Origin: Cenococcum geophilum
Lineage: Eukaryota
DNA: 64,000 nt
Direction: 5' to 3'
NCBI GenBank assembly: GCA_050273025.1
Contig: CP158635.1
Span: 16,926,001 to 16,990,000, forward strand
This document shows positions 38,801 to 51,256 of the stretch, in pieces. The translations under genes and the position numbers were made by a program. The notes under the pieces were generated by a model. It searched no databases, was not told the DNA's origin, and worked only from the letters and a program-made list of their open reading frames with translations. Position 1 is the first letter of the stretch; each line of letters begins with the position of its first letter.

Positions 38801-40920
38801 AAGAATCTTAGTCGTCTCTTATCTTACTATAAGAATCTTAAGCCTTTAGCCCTTTACCTTTATTAAGTGGTAAGCTAGCACTAGCAGTTATCTACTTGCT
38901 TAATCGTTTCTAAATATTACTTCTTCTATCTTATAAAGTAATAGATACCGTATCTAATAGTGTTATAATACCCGTTACTAAACCTTGCTCTATAGCGGTC
39001 TTAGTCTCTACTTCTATTACATTATTAAGGTTTAGATACCCCCAGTTAGTTCCTTTACTATCCTTATTACTGTTAATTAATAAATATTCTAACTCCATTG
39101 TTATTATTACTAATTATTATCCGCACATTACTATAATATCTTAATCCAGCTTATAGAGTCGATCTTATTCTTTATTTAACTCTTTAGTTTCTCTAAGTCC
39201 TTTTAACTCTAGCTCTTACAGCCAATAGCTTACACCGTACTTAGCGTCTTTATAAATTCGGTATACGTTATTGTAATAAAACGTAAAACTTTTAATTAAA
39301 TATTTTTTTGTTCCTTATAGTATACTATTATCCCTCTATACGTGTGTGTTATATACTATTAGTCTAGTTCCTTTTATTACATAGTAACTCTAACTATCTT
39401 TATAATCCCTCGCGAAGTAACCTTGTTTTTTGTAATTTATATAAACTCCGTCTCTAAACTATTAACTTTATTATAGAGTCCGCCTAAACATCTTCTACTA
39501 TTAAGATCCTTAGTTCGGCCTCTACTCCTTAGTCCTATAATTACTAAATCCTTAACCTCTAGGTTTTTATAGTTTCTTACTTTATCTCTTATAGGCTTCT
39601 TTAGTACTACTTAGGTCCATTAGCTTTGCGCCATACTATAGTTTTTAACTTAGCTTTGGTTATTGCGTACTCTACGCCTTATATAACTATAGAACTCTAT
39701 CCTAGCCTCTCTTAGCCTATTCCCTTTAGAAGATCCTATTATTAATCTTAATCGCTTAATCTATTAATTCCCTTAGGGTGTCCGCATCTTCTATTAGGAT
39801 AATTACGTCCTAGACTTTAGCCTTAAGTCCTTATTTATACTATGCCATAAGCGCCTTATTGTTCTACTCGACTTATGTTGTAAGTATTTAAAACTATATC
39901 GTGTACTTAATTGCTGAAGTTCGCTATATTAGGTCCTAAAGCTTTCTCTCTACTATAGTTGTTGCTTTTAGGTCTTTAAATATCTATATTAATCGTTCCA
40001 CGAATCCTACCTAGCTAGAAAACACAAATTATACCTTTTAATTAGTAGTAGTTATTCCGTTAGTCTATATTTCTATTAAGTAGGGTTTAAACCATTTAAG
40101 TGCTTAACCCGTTAGGAATAGTCCTGCGTAGGCTATCTGGTCTATTATTATGGCTAACTTAGCCCCTTCTTATATAACTTTAAAATACATCTGCGTTAAA
40201 AATCCTTTAAGCTTTAATCTCTCCCCTAAGAATCGTTTAATTAAAGGTAACTTAACCTTTGCTACTCTAATCCCGTTAAGTCTATTCTTAAGTATTATAT
40301 TATTCTCTATTAATTAATCCACTATTTCTTATAATTGTCCTACTATCACAGGTTATTGCGAGTTAGTATCCGCTATACTAGTGTCACCCCCTAACCTTAA
40401 ATTAGTTGCCGCCGTCAATGGCGTCGTAGTAGCTACTTTTAGTAGCATATTATTTAACTTTTTGTATTTAATACTATAACCAGGTAGTAATTGTGTAACG
40501 GAACCTTATAGCAGGAACTACGATAGATTCTGTTAATAGGCTAGGTGTATAGGAAATGCAAAGATAGTAGTTAGAACGTAGATAATAACTAGTAGAGTGG
40601 TTGCCTAATAGATTAACTCTAATTATATTCTAAGAATCACTATAAGGAAGGAACTATCTAGGTAGGGACTAAAGGTCCTTAAATACATAACCGTACTCCT
40701 ATAAAATCCTTCTTATACGTGATATACGTCTTATCTATATTAAACGTGACGTTCCTTTCGTTTAACGCAGCCAATACGTTTAACCATTATATAACTCGCT
40801 TACTATTCCTCGTTATATAGTTCCACGGGTTCCATCCTAGTCCGTGCTTGTATTAACTAACTAGCTTCTTCCGACTCTTCTCCAAGTAGTCGTAATATTG
40901 TACTTAAAGCGTCCGTAACA
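32884..40920 (-). mobile_element. Gypsy-B, full-length chromovirus on the minus strand
   Basis: 427-bp LTRs 32884-33310 and 40494-40920; TSD CCTAT; PPT complement CCATCTCCCT at 33311; minus-strand gag knuckle (~39430), protease VDSG (~37290), RT, RNaseH, integrase and chromodomain remnants. Confidence 0.94.
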
Positions 40921-42702
40921 CCTATATACGTATTAATTAAGCAACTAAGTCAATAATATATACCCTTTCTTCCCGTTTTCCTACCTTTTTTTCTTATATA
41001 ACGTCTTAACCTCCTTATATAGTTTATATATATAGCTTAATAATATCTATCTTACTATATATTATCGTTGCTTATACTCACTCTATAACACTACGTTACA
41101 TTAACTACCTATACTACTATTAATATATAGAATAAACCTATAACGGCCGCCGGTATTATATTCGCACTTTAAAAATAATTAGTAAGGATATAGAAGTCTT
41201 TTATAGACGCCCTTAAATAGAACTAAGCTACTTTAAATTAATAATAAGCTAAATAAGAAGCATAATACTAGCAATTAATTAAGGACCTCTAAGAAGAAGT
41301 CCGCGCCCTTAAAATATCCACGCTAGGACCTTAAGACTAAACGCTATCTCTAGAGATAAACACGCGGAACGTAAGCCCTAAACCTATAATAGCCACTTAC
41401 CTTAAGCCGACTACTATACTAAAATAATCTAAATAACTACTAAATCCCCTAGTATTTACTAGTAAATAATAAAAGCTCTAATTATTTCTAAGCTAGCTTA
41501 AAAATAAGCTAACTAGTAATGCTAACTATTACCTAACTAAAGCTAATCGACTCTATTACGCCCTAAGTTAACTAGGAGGAGATATAGCTAACCTTATTAA
41601 ACCTCTTTAGCTAAACTTAATATAAAGCCTAGTTATACTTCTTAAAGCTATATATAGTAACCTAAACTACTAAGCTACTTCTTAAAGAAAGATAAACTAT
41701 ATAACTTAAGAAACGAAAAGTTTCCTAGTATACTTCTCTAAATTTAACTATTACGCAAAGGAAATAGGCTAGAACAACTCTATACTAATTAATAGCCTTA
41801 TTAAATCCCTAAGCCCTAAACTAAAAACCTCTCTAATAGGCGTAGACCTACTAAGAGCCCTTAATGCCTATATAAACGTTATTAATAAACGATATAATAA
41901 TATACTACGCCTAACACCGAAGCCCACTCCTTAATACAATACGGCAACCCTATAAACGTCTACTAAGTTATCGTCTTAGCTTAAGCACCCTAATGCTATA
42001 GATATTAACACTAGGACCCTAGGGTACGCCCTACTAGGGTCTTTTAAATAAGAATAACGCATTAAGCTAGGTCTCTACTTTAAATATAAAAGTAGCTCTT
42101 ACCTCTCCAATTACTACTCCGCCCCTATACCTAAACACAATTTATAAACGGCTAACACTAGCAGCCGTTTACCGTATCGATCTTCTAGTTACCGTCCCTA
42201 ATCTCTACCTAGTTCTAGCCCTGCATCTAATAAGCACTATTTATAAGGATAAAGCTATAACTAACGTCCTATAAAAACCCTATCCTAATTACCTCTAAAA
42301 GGAAGGTCTTAAAGCTAAGTCGCTCTTTAGGACGGCTCTGCTATAGGATTTTATTAAACGTATTTAACGTTATAAACTCTAACTCTTAGAACCGTAGTAT
42401 AACTATTAACTACTATCTTTAGTAAAATAGTTAATAGGCTAATATTTAAATCCTAATTAATATAGGAGCTAGCGGTATAGGATTTATTAACAAAATCTTT
42501 ATATAAGATAATGGTTTTATTCTAACCCCCCTTAACTAGCATATTAACGTATTTAGATTTAATAGTAAACGTACCATCTTAGGCCGTATTACCCACGTAG
42601 TATTCCTAAAACTCTAATACCTAAGCTACGAAGAATTAATTAAACCTTTTATTACCACCCTAGGTTACTTAGTAATCCTTAAACCCTAGATAAAGCTATA
42701 TA

Positions 42703-43724
42703 GTAGTAGTAGTAACTCTTTAATTAACGTCTAATACGGATCCTATCTAGGCCCACGCAGACTACTCCGTCATAGGGGGAAAACTTATAGTTTATATGAA
42801 GAAAACCCTGCAGTTAGGGGAAGGAAAAACCCTATAAGCCACCTCAGTCGGATAAAAAACCCCAAATTGCCATATTTGCACGTAGTGCGGCCCTATAGGC
42901 CTACAGCTACATCCTCCTCCTTAGATGTTTTGAACTCCTTAAAAACCACTGCTTCCTTCTCTAGCTTATCCAAAGCTAGGGTTCACTACGTCCTAGCTAG
43001 GCCTTGCTAATCAATTGCCGTACGCTTATAGTTATATCCCGTATCTTAACCACCCCCTATATACTATCTCTTATTAACCATTATTAATACGCCTTACCTT
43101 CCCCCCTCTAAGGCCTATTAAAGGCGTAAGGGGGATTTATCCGTTCTACCATCCTAATACTAAAAGACGAAAGCGGGATGTGTGTGTGTATATATTTAGG
43201 TATCTTTTATACCTAAGCCCTAGTCACTAGGCCCTCTCTAAGGGCACCACTCTATTAAGAGGAGATAAGGAAAACCGTATGGGGTTATCTAGCTGCCTTT
43301 TAGTAGTATTACGGTAGTACGGCGAGTGACCACATGCTCCGCGGGCGATCGCCCTAGGGGTTAGGAGGGGCCGTATATTTGCTCGTTCGTTCGTTCGCGC
43401 TTATCTGTTCGTTAATATAAGGTCATTAATACTTTCTATTGGGGTTTTTTGAGGATATTATCGAAAACTGCTCATCTATGTTGGATTGTATAGGTGCCCT
43501 AGATAGAACAGTGTAGTAGTTATCGTATTGTAGAGGGCCAACAGTAGTAGTTTTCAAGATCTCACTATCCGAAAAATTTTCACCACCACCCTCGACGCCC
43601 ATAACCACCACTAGGTCCTGTCCGCACGCTATACAACGTCTCTGCGTTGGCTCTGGATCTGAACTTCAAAGACTAGGTTTGTAGCCGTCACCACGTACAG
43701 GTGCAGAGTCCGATTTCGACGGCC
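42703..43724 (-). mobile_element. Non-autonomous non-LTR retroposon (SINE/SIDE-like) with ribozyme head and LINE-derived tail
   Basis: 14-bp TSD GATAAAGCTATATA (42689-42702, 43725-43738); (ACT)n tail; 3' ~250 bp similar to the LINE fragment at 17279; no long ORF. Confidence 0.88.
43640..43724 (-). ncRNA. HDV-like self-cleaving ribozyme (predicted)
   Basis: Minus strand: P1 GGCCGUC/GACGGCU with G1-U wobble; P2 CUCUGC/GCAGAG; P3 ACC/GGU; L3 UGUACGU; P1.1 GU/AC; P4; J4/2 G-CCAAC. G1 abuts the TSD. Confidence 0.85.
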
Positions 43725-46700
43725 GATAAAGCTATATAAGGTAACTATTAATTAGAACAACCTTAAGCTTCTATTTACCGCCTCCTGTTATAAGCAGAAG
43801 TGCCTTATAACTTACTACTTAGACCTAAAACTAAAATCTAAAAAATCCACCAGGATCTACTAGTCTAAAATTTCTATAACTGTCCACCTTATACCTAAGG
43901 ATTCCACCAGATTCCACCAACTTAGGAATTCCACTAAATTTTACCAACGTAAGATTTCCACTAATGCTTACTTTACGCCTAAGAATTCCACCGATATCCA
44001 CTAAGGATCCGAAAACTCTACTAAATTCTATAAGTTATTACTAAGTACTATACTACCCTAAGCTAAGCAAAAGCTTAAGCTCTATATATAAAAATATTAA
44101 AAGGACTAGTATCCTACTATAAAAAGGATTCTTAAAGAACTTAAACCTAAATCTAGTACTAACTCCGTACTTAATACTAAACCTAAACCTAAATAAGAAA
44201 CTATAGATAATTCAAGCAAGCTTAGTACCCTAGATATCTATATAATTAGAGCTACCCCACTAGCGCAACTTGCTAAAAAACCCAAGTATACAATCTTTGC
44301 TGTTATAATAGCCGATATTAAAAAGGCCTTAGTACTAAAGAAGTATATTAACCCTACTATAAAGGTACTAATAGAGTATTATTATCGCCTAGATGCGTTC
44401 TTATAAAAGGAAGCTAATAAGCTACTAGAATACCAACTATATAACCATAAGATTATACTTAAAGAAGAAAAGTAGCCCGGATTTAGACCCTTATATAAAA
44501 TGTTCTAAAATAAACTCTAAGTACTATAAAAGTATTTAAACAAGAACCTAAGTAAAGGATTTATTAAAGTAAGCTCGTTATCTATAGCTATATTAGTAAT
44601 CTTTATTAAGAAACCTAGCGGCGGTCTATACTTCTATATAGACTACTAAGCTCTTAACGCTATTACCGTTAAGAACTAATATCTAATCCTATTAATATAA
44701 GAGATGCTAAACTGACTAAGTAAGGCTCGTTACTACACAAAGCTTAATATTATCTCTATATTTAACCGTCTCTATATTATAAAAGGGGATAAATAGCTTA
44801 CTGCATTTCATACCTAATATAGACTATTTAAGTACTTAGTAATACCCTTCGGCCTTATAAACGCTCTAAGCTCGTTTTAATATTATATAAATAATACCCT
44901 ACGCCCCTACCTAGATATCTTCTATACTGCTTATATTAATAACATCCTAATATATAGTAATAACCTAACCAAATATTAGAAATACGTTAACTTTATTTTA
45001 TAAACCCTACACGGAGCTAGTCTATAATTAGATATAAATAAATATAAGTTCTATAAAACGGAAGTCCTATACCTTAGACTCCTTATTTCTATAAATAGTA
45101 TATAAATAGACTTAAAGAAAGTTAAAGTAATTATAAACTAGCAAAAACCTGAGAATGTTAAGGATGTAAGAGCCTTTATAGGATTTACTAATTTCTACTA
45201 ACGGTTTATTAATAACTTCTCCGCCCTAGTTTCTCCCCTTATAGCTTTAACCTAAAAGGATAAAGTCTTTATCTTTAATAAGGAATATAAGAAGGCCTTT
45301 ACCTATTTAAAGGTTATATTTACTACTGCGCCTATACTCTAATACTTTAACCTAAACTAAATAAGTGTTATAAAAGCCGACTTATCTAACTACGTTACTA
45401 AAGGCATTCTATCTCAATATAATAAGGATAGAGTATTATACCCTATAGCATACTTTTTAAAATGACTAAGCCTAGCTAAATATAACTACAAGATCTACGA
45501 TAAGGAATTATTAGCTATTATTAGATATTTTAAACAATAGTAACCTAAACTAGAAGGCACTAGATTTCTAATTAAGGTCCTTAGCAACTATAAGAACCTA
45601 TAATACTTTACAACTACAAAATAGCTAAGTTATTATTAGGCCCGCTAGTTAGAATATCTATTTTATTTCTAATTCTTAATTACATACCACCTAAGCGTCT
45701 AAGGTTAGAAGCCTAATACCTTAACCTAACACTTATAAGACGCGCTAGCCCTAAAAGAAGCGCGCTCTTACTAAAATTAGACCCTACTTCGCCCTAAACT
45801 ATTTAACCCTACTAAAGATCTTACGGTATACGTCCTTAAAATAACTAATTAATTAATTAAACAGATTATAGTTAACGAATGCCTAAATAATAAGTTTATT
45901 TAAGAGACGCTTAAGCTAATATAAGATGGCATTAGATGCTTTAAAAAGATTTCTTTAAGTAAATATAAAGCCTGTGGAAACTGCTTATATTACTAAAACC
46001 GTCTAGTTATCCCTAATTATAATAAGCTTAAGCTTAAACTCCTTAAACATATATATAATCTACCTATCGCCAGCCACCTAGGCTAAGAAAAGACCCTAGA
46101 ACTACTCTAATAGGAGTATTATTAGCCGAATATATATAATATAATATAAAGGTATATCTCTAGCTGCTATACCTACTAATAAGCTAAAGTCTCGCATAAG
46201 ATATATAACGGTCTTTTAAAACCGCTACCTGTTCTAAACTAAAGATAAAAGGATATTTTAATTAACTTTATTATTAACCTTCTTAAAAGTAAAGGCTGTA
46301 TAAATATTATAGTAGTTATAAACCAACTATCTAAAATAAGACATTTAATCGCCTGCCCTAATATATTAACGCCTAGCGTTACCTAACTATTCCTAGATTA
46401 CGTATAGAAACTCTATAAACTCCCTAAAACAATTATCTCTAATAAAGGCAGCTAGTTTATCTTAGCATTCTAGAAAAAAACTTACTACTTAACTTTATAT
46501 TAAAGCACTACTATCTACTATATATTACCTAAAAACGGATAGTTAAACGGAATGTGTAAATATTATAATAGAATAGTATATTCGGATATATATATTGTAT
46601 TTATAGGATAACTAGATTAACTAGCTCGTATTTACTAAGTTTACTATAAATAATTCCGTTTTAGAAACTATAAAAGTCTCCCTATTCCTAGCTAATTACG

Positions 46701-49700
46701 GCTAGCACCTATAAATAGGTTTTAAACCCTTTAGTAATATTCCTTACCCCGCTTATTACGCCTTATAAGTTATAAAAGTAAATAAATTTATAGAGAAAAT
46801 AGAGGAACTATAACAGTTTCTTACTAATAAGATAATATAGGCTTAATCTATTTATAAAGCCGTAGTAAATAAGAAATAAACCCTAGTACTAGTTTATTAA
46901 ATTAGTAATTTTGTCTAACTAGATATAAGAAATCTAAATATAAAATAACCTACTAAGAAACTTAATTAGAAGAACGCTGGCCCTTATAAGGTTAAAAAGG
47001 TTATCTTTCCTTATACCTACTAACTAAAGCTTTCTAATACGGTTAAAATCCACCCCATATTCTATACGTCAGTCCTCTACCCTATTACCCCTATATTAGA
47101 CGCCCTGCCTAAATAAATATAAGACTGTAACGGAATTCCCTAGAAGGTACATATTAGATAAGATAGAAGGAGGTCTTATCTATATTTTAGAAGGAGGTCT
47201 TATCTATGTTCCAGAAGGAGGTCTTACCTATATTCTATCTACGTCCTAAAAGATATAGTCAGACAGATAAGGGGCAAAGGGTTTTACTAGCGTCTTAGAA
47301 AGATCATATAGGGAGCTAGTTCTCCTCTAGAGAAGAACCAGCAATTAGTCTCTAAATAGAAGTAGTTAAAAGCATTTGTCCTTTAATATATAAAACTTAT
47401 TCTACCTTTAACTTACCTTCTATTTACCTTTAACTTACCTTCTATTTACCTTTAACTTACCTTCTACTTACCGGTAATACTGTCGATTAGATAATTATAT
47501 ATTCCGGTTAAGCTAGCCTCTTATAATTCTAATCGCTTACAATCCGTTAGGAACGTACGGCTATTAATTAACAATAATAAACTATACTCCTATACCCCAT
47601 AAAGCAACGCCCTTACTATAAAAGGCTCAAAAAGTCTCCCCAGAGGAGCGCATTTTCTTTTCCTATAAAGAAGCCACGGCTGGTCCGTTTAACCTTATAA
47701 GACCTTTAGAAACGATTACCGCTAGGGAGTTATTGGAGCGGTCGCTATATAAGACCCTATAAAAAACAAAGGAGTTAGAGATATGATTAAGATAAGTATA
47801 TTAAGACTACCAAGAACAATTGTAAGGACAATTAGGGGAAGTATAAACACCCCAGACACAAAGCGGACTTAAAGGGGTAACGCCATACTATGCTATAACG
47901 TTAGAAAAACCTAAATTCCGTATAAAGGAACCTAATAAGTACTATAGTGATAGTCTTCGGAACTATAATTGTTTTATCCGACAATATAAAACCAAGTTTT
48001 AGCTAGATCTAAAACGTTACTCTAATGAGTATAATTAGACACTAATTACTTCTACCTTCCTGCGTAGCACCGTCGAGAGTTTATAGACACGCTATAAGAA
48101 GAAACTTACTATACCCCTTAAATTTAGCGAACTTAGGACCTAGTTGGTCGATTAGGTCTAAGACCCTACTAATTAAGGGATAGACTATAACTAGCGATAC
48201 CACAACGCCAAACAGCGGGATAGTTAGACTGTGGTCCAGTTTATAAACTACTTAGAAGAACTAGAAGACAATATACCCTACTTAGATCTATAGGATAACG
48301 CTATACAACTTTACCAGCTACTCGCTAAGCTATAACCTAAGATTTGACAGGCTATATAAGAGAAGGGCAAAATTCCTACCTCTTAAGAAAAGCTTATCTC
48401 TAAAGCTACTTAGATTAAGAGTGCTAAAAAAGACCATTTAGGCAAGTAAAAGGAACGAGACGCTAACAATAAAGAGCGTAGGACTAGACCTAGCTTTAAT
48501 AATAGGGGTAGATTCCGACCTAACCGCTCTACGGAAGAATAACGCAAGTAGGCCTCGCAGCCTTAGAGCAACGCTAGTTAACCCTAAAATAACAATAGGC
48601 AGAAACCTAATCCGCAGAAGGGGAACCAGGAGATACGTACCTATTATAACTACGGCAAGAAGGGCTATATAAGCCGCTTCTACCGGCAGAAGAAGTAAGA
48701 GTCGGCCTAATTGGGAAAAGAGACAGCTTAGTAGATCTTTACTCCCTTACACTAGGCTAGTAAGAGAAGGAGGGAGTAAACTGCCGTATAGTTATTCCTA
48801 TCTCTATTTAAGTTAATAATAAATAGGTAACGCGAGACTGCCTTATAGACAGCGGCGCGAGTATGGGGTTTATTTCTCAATTACTGGTAAAAGAATTAGA
48901 TTTGGACCTTAGCGGCTCGTAGGTGCGCACCGTTTAAAGCATCGGAGGCTACTAGATTCCATACTATGGGGAATAGGCTTTTTCCATGGCCAGCTAGGAC
49001 CGCGATAGTCTATGGGACACGCAGGAGATACGCTTCTGTGCCGCAGAAATCAAGGGGTACAACCTTGTTTTGGGATACCTATGGCTTTACTAAGTCAATC
49101 CGGACATTAATTGGCCTTCAGCCTTATATTAACATTAAAAGTCTTAACCGCGCATTATAGTCGAAGATTAAGAGACTTTCTTAAACCATATGCAAGAAGA
49201 AGGGTGGGTATATGCCATATATACCACTCTTGACACTAAGAACGGGGACACGGGATATTTATTTTCGGATATCTAGCTATATATAGTTAAGGAACTAGAG
49301 ATTCTATAGGAATATACGGACTTAGAGGATATTTCTAGTAAAGAGGCTGCATAAACCTTACCCGACCCTATATTAGTTAAGCATAAGATAGATATAGGGG
49401 ATAAATAACCTCCTTTTAGACCGCTGTATAACCTATTAGAAAATGAGCTGGCGGTACTACATTAATATATAGTGGACAATCTTTAGAGAGGATAGATTCG
49501 GCCCTCTATAAGCCTAGTAGGGGCGCCAATTATATTTATACCTAAGAAGGACGGGACCCTTTACCTCTATATTAACTATTAGGCGCTAAACAAGATTACT
49601 ATAAAGAATCGCTACCTATTACCCTTAATAGGGAAGCTTATTAATAGGCTATTGGGCGCAAAGATATTTATAAAATTAGATCTAAAAGATATATACCATC

Positions 49701-50439
49701 AAATCCAGATTAAAGCCGGCGATAAGTAGAAAACGGCGTTCTAAATATAGTACGGCCACTTTAAGTACCTAGTAATGCCATTTAGGCTTACTAACGCACT
49801 AGTGATATTTCAGGCCTATATTAATAAGGCATTATCGGGCCTGTTAGACACAATATATATAGTCTACCTTAATAACATTATAGTCTACTCTAATAACTAC
49901 GAAGTATATACGTACTACGTGCGAATAGTACTAGAAAGACTACGGGAATATAAGCTCTATATAAACCTAAAAAAGTGCACGTTCTATACTACTAGCATTA
50001 ATTTTTTAGGCTTTATCGTCAGCGTTAACGGAATCGTCAGGAAAACAAGAGAGTGGTAGGGGCTAGCTAGGGGCTGGCCCAGGGCTAGCCTGGGGTCATT
50101 TTAGCTGGATCCGCTGATCTGCTTATATACACTTTTTTACACTAGCCCCAGGCCCCATTAGCAATATTAGCAACATTAGCAACATTAGCAATATTAGCAA
50201 TATTAGTAATATTAATAATATTAATTTTAAAAATTATAATATATCTTTTTACTATAATATTTTCTATAACTGCAATATTTATATAGGAATAATAATGGGT
50301 TTTAAATTTTAAATTTTAGTTATTAAGCAATTAATTAAAATAAGTAGGAAGCCTCTTGCAGAGGCTCCAAATCGTTAATTAGCGATATTCCTGACGATCT
50401 ACCGGCCGTGTACTGATTTCCTAACTAGGCCTAGCACCC

Positions 50440-50635
50440 GCCTACCTATCTGCCTGCCTACCTACCTACTTACTTGCCTGCCTACCTGCCTACCTACCTA
50501 CCTACCTACCTACCTGCCTGCCTGCCTGCCTACCTACCTACCTACCTACCTACCTACCTACCTGCCTGCCTATACCTATCTATGCCTACCTATATATGCC
50601 TACCTGTCTATACCTACCGTCTATATCTATCTATA
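50440..50635. repeat. (CCTA/CCTG)n microsatellite
   Basis: Direct inspection. Confidence 0.9.
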
Positions 50636-50742
50636 GTATCTAATTCAATTTGATTTGGTAGCGGGCTAATATCGAGGCTCTGGTTCGATTCGATCGATCG
50701 ATTAAGTCGCTCGTGGTGTTGCTGACTGGTTGTTCGAACGAT

Positions 50743-51256
50743 CGTCGTCTAGTTCTGGCGACGGTCGTCTGGTCCTGATGACGGTCGTCTGGTTCTGATG
50801 ACGGTCGTCTAGTTCTAATGACGGTCGTCTAGTTCTGGCGACGGTCGTCTAGTTCTGGCGACGGTCGTCTGGTTCTGGCGACGGTCGTCTAGTCCTGATG
50901 ACGGTCGTCCTGATGACGGTCGTCTAGTTCTGGCGACGGTCGTCTAGTTCTGGCGACGGTCGTCTAATTCTGGCGACGGTCGTCTGGTTCTGGCGACGGT
51001 CGTCTGGTTCTGGCGACGGTCGTCTGGTCCTAATGACGGTCGTCCTGATGACGGTCGTCTAGTTCTGGCGACGGTCGTCTGGTTCTGGCGACGGTCGTCT
51101 AGTTCTGGCGACGGTCGTCTGGTCCTGACGACGGTTGTCTGGTCCTGACGACGGTTGTCTGGTCCTGACGACGGTCGTCTGGTCCTGATGACGGTCGTCC
51201 TGATGACAGTCATCTAGTTCTAGCGACGGTCGTCTGGTTCTAGCCACAGTCATCTA
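50743..51256. repeat. 20-bp tandem array (GACGGTCGTCTRGTTCTGGC), ~25 units with occasional 15-bp variants
   Basis: Head-to-tail units without unique spacers. Confidence 0.92.

Noticed and set aside
43150..43182. Possible RIP-damaged hammerhead core (CTAATAC...CGAAA within a CATCC/GGATG stem)
   Set aside because: It does not give CUGANGA even after de-RIPing, and no convincing stems II and III are present.
43426..43611. 61-aa ORF just downstream of the ribozyme
   Set aside because: Short, with no recognisable motif; at most a possible ORF1 remnant.
50743..51256. CRISPR-like regular array
   Set aside because: Units are contiguous with no unique spacers, there are no cas genes, and the context is a eukaryotic TE.
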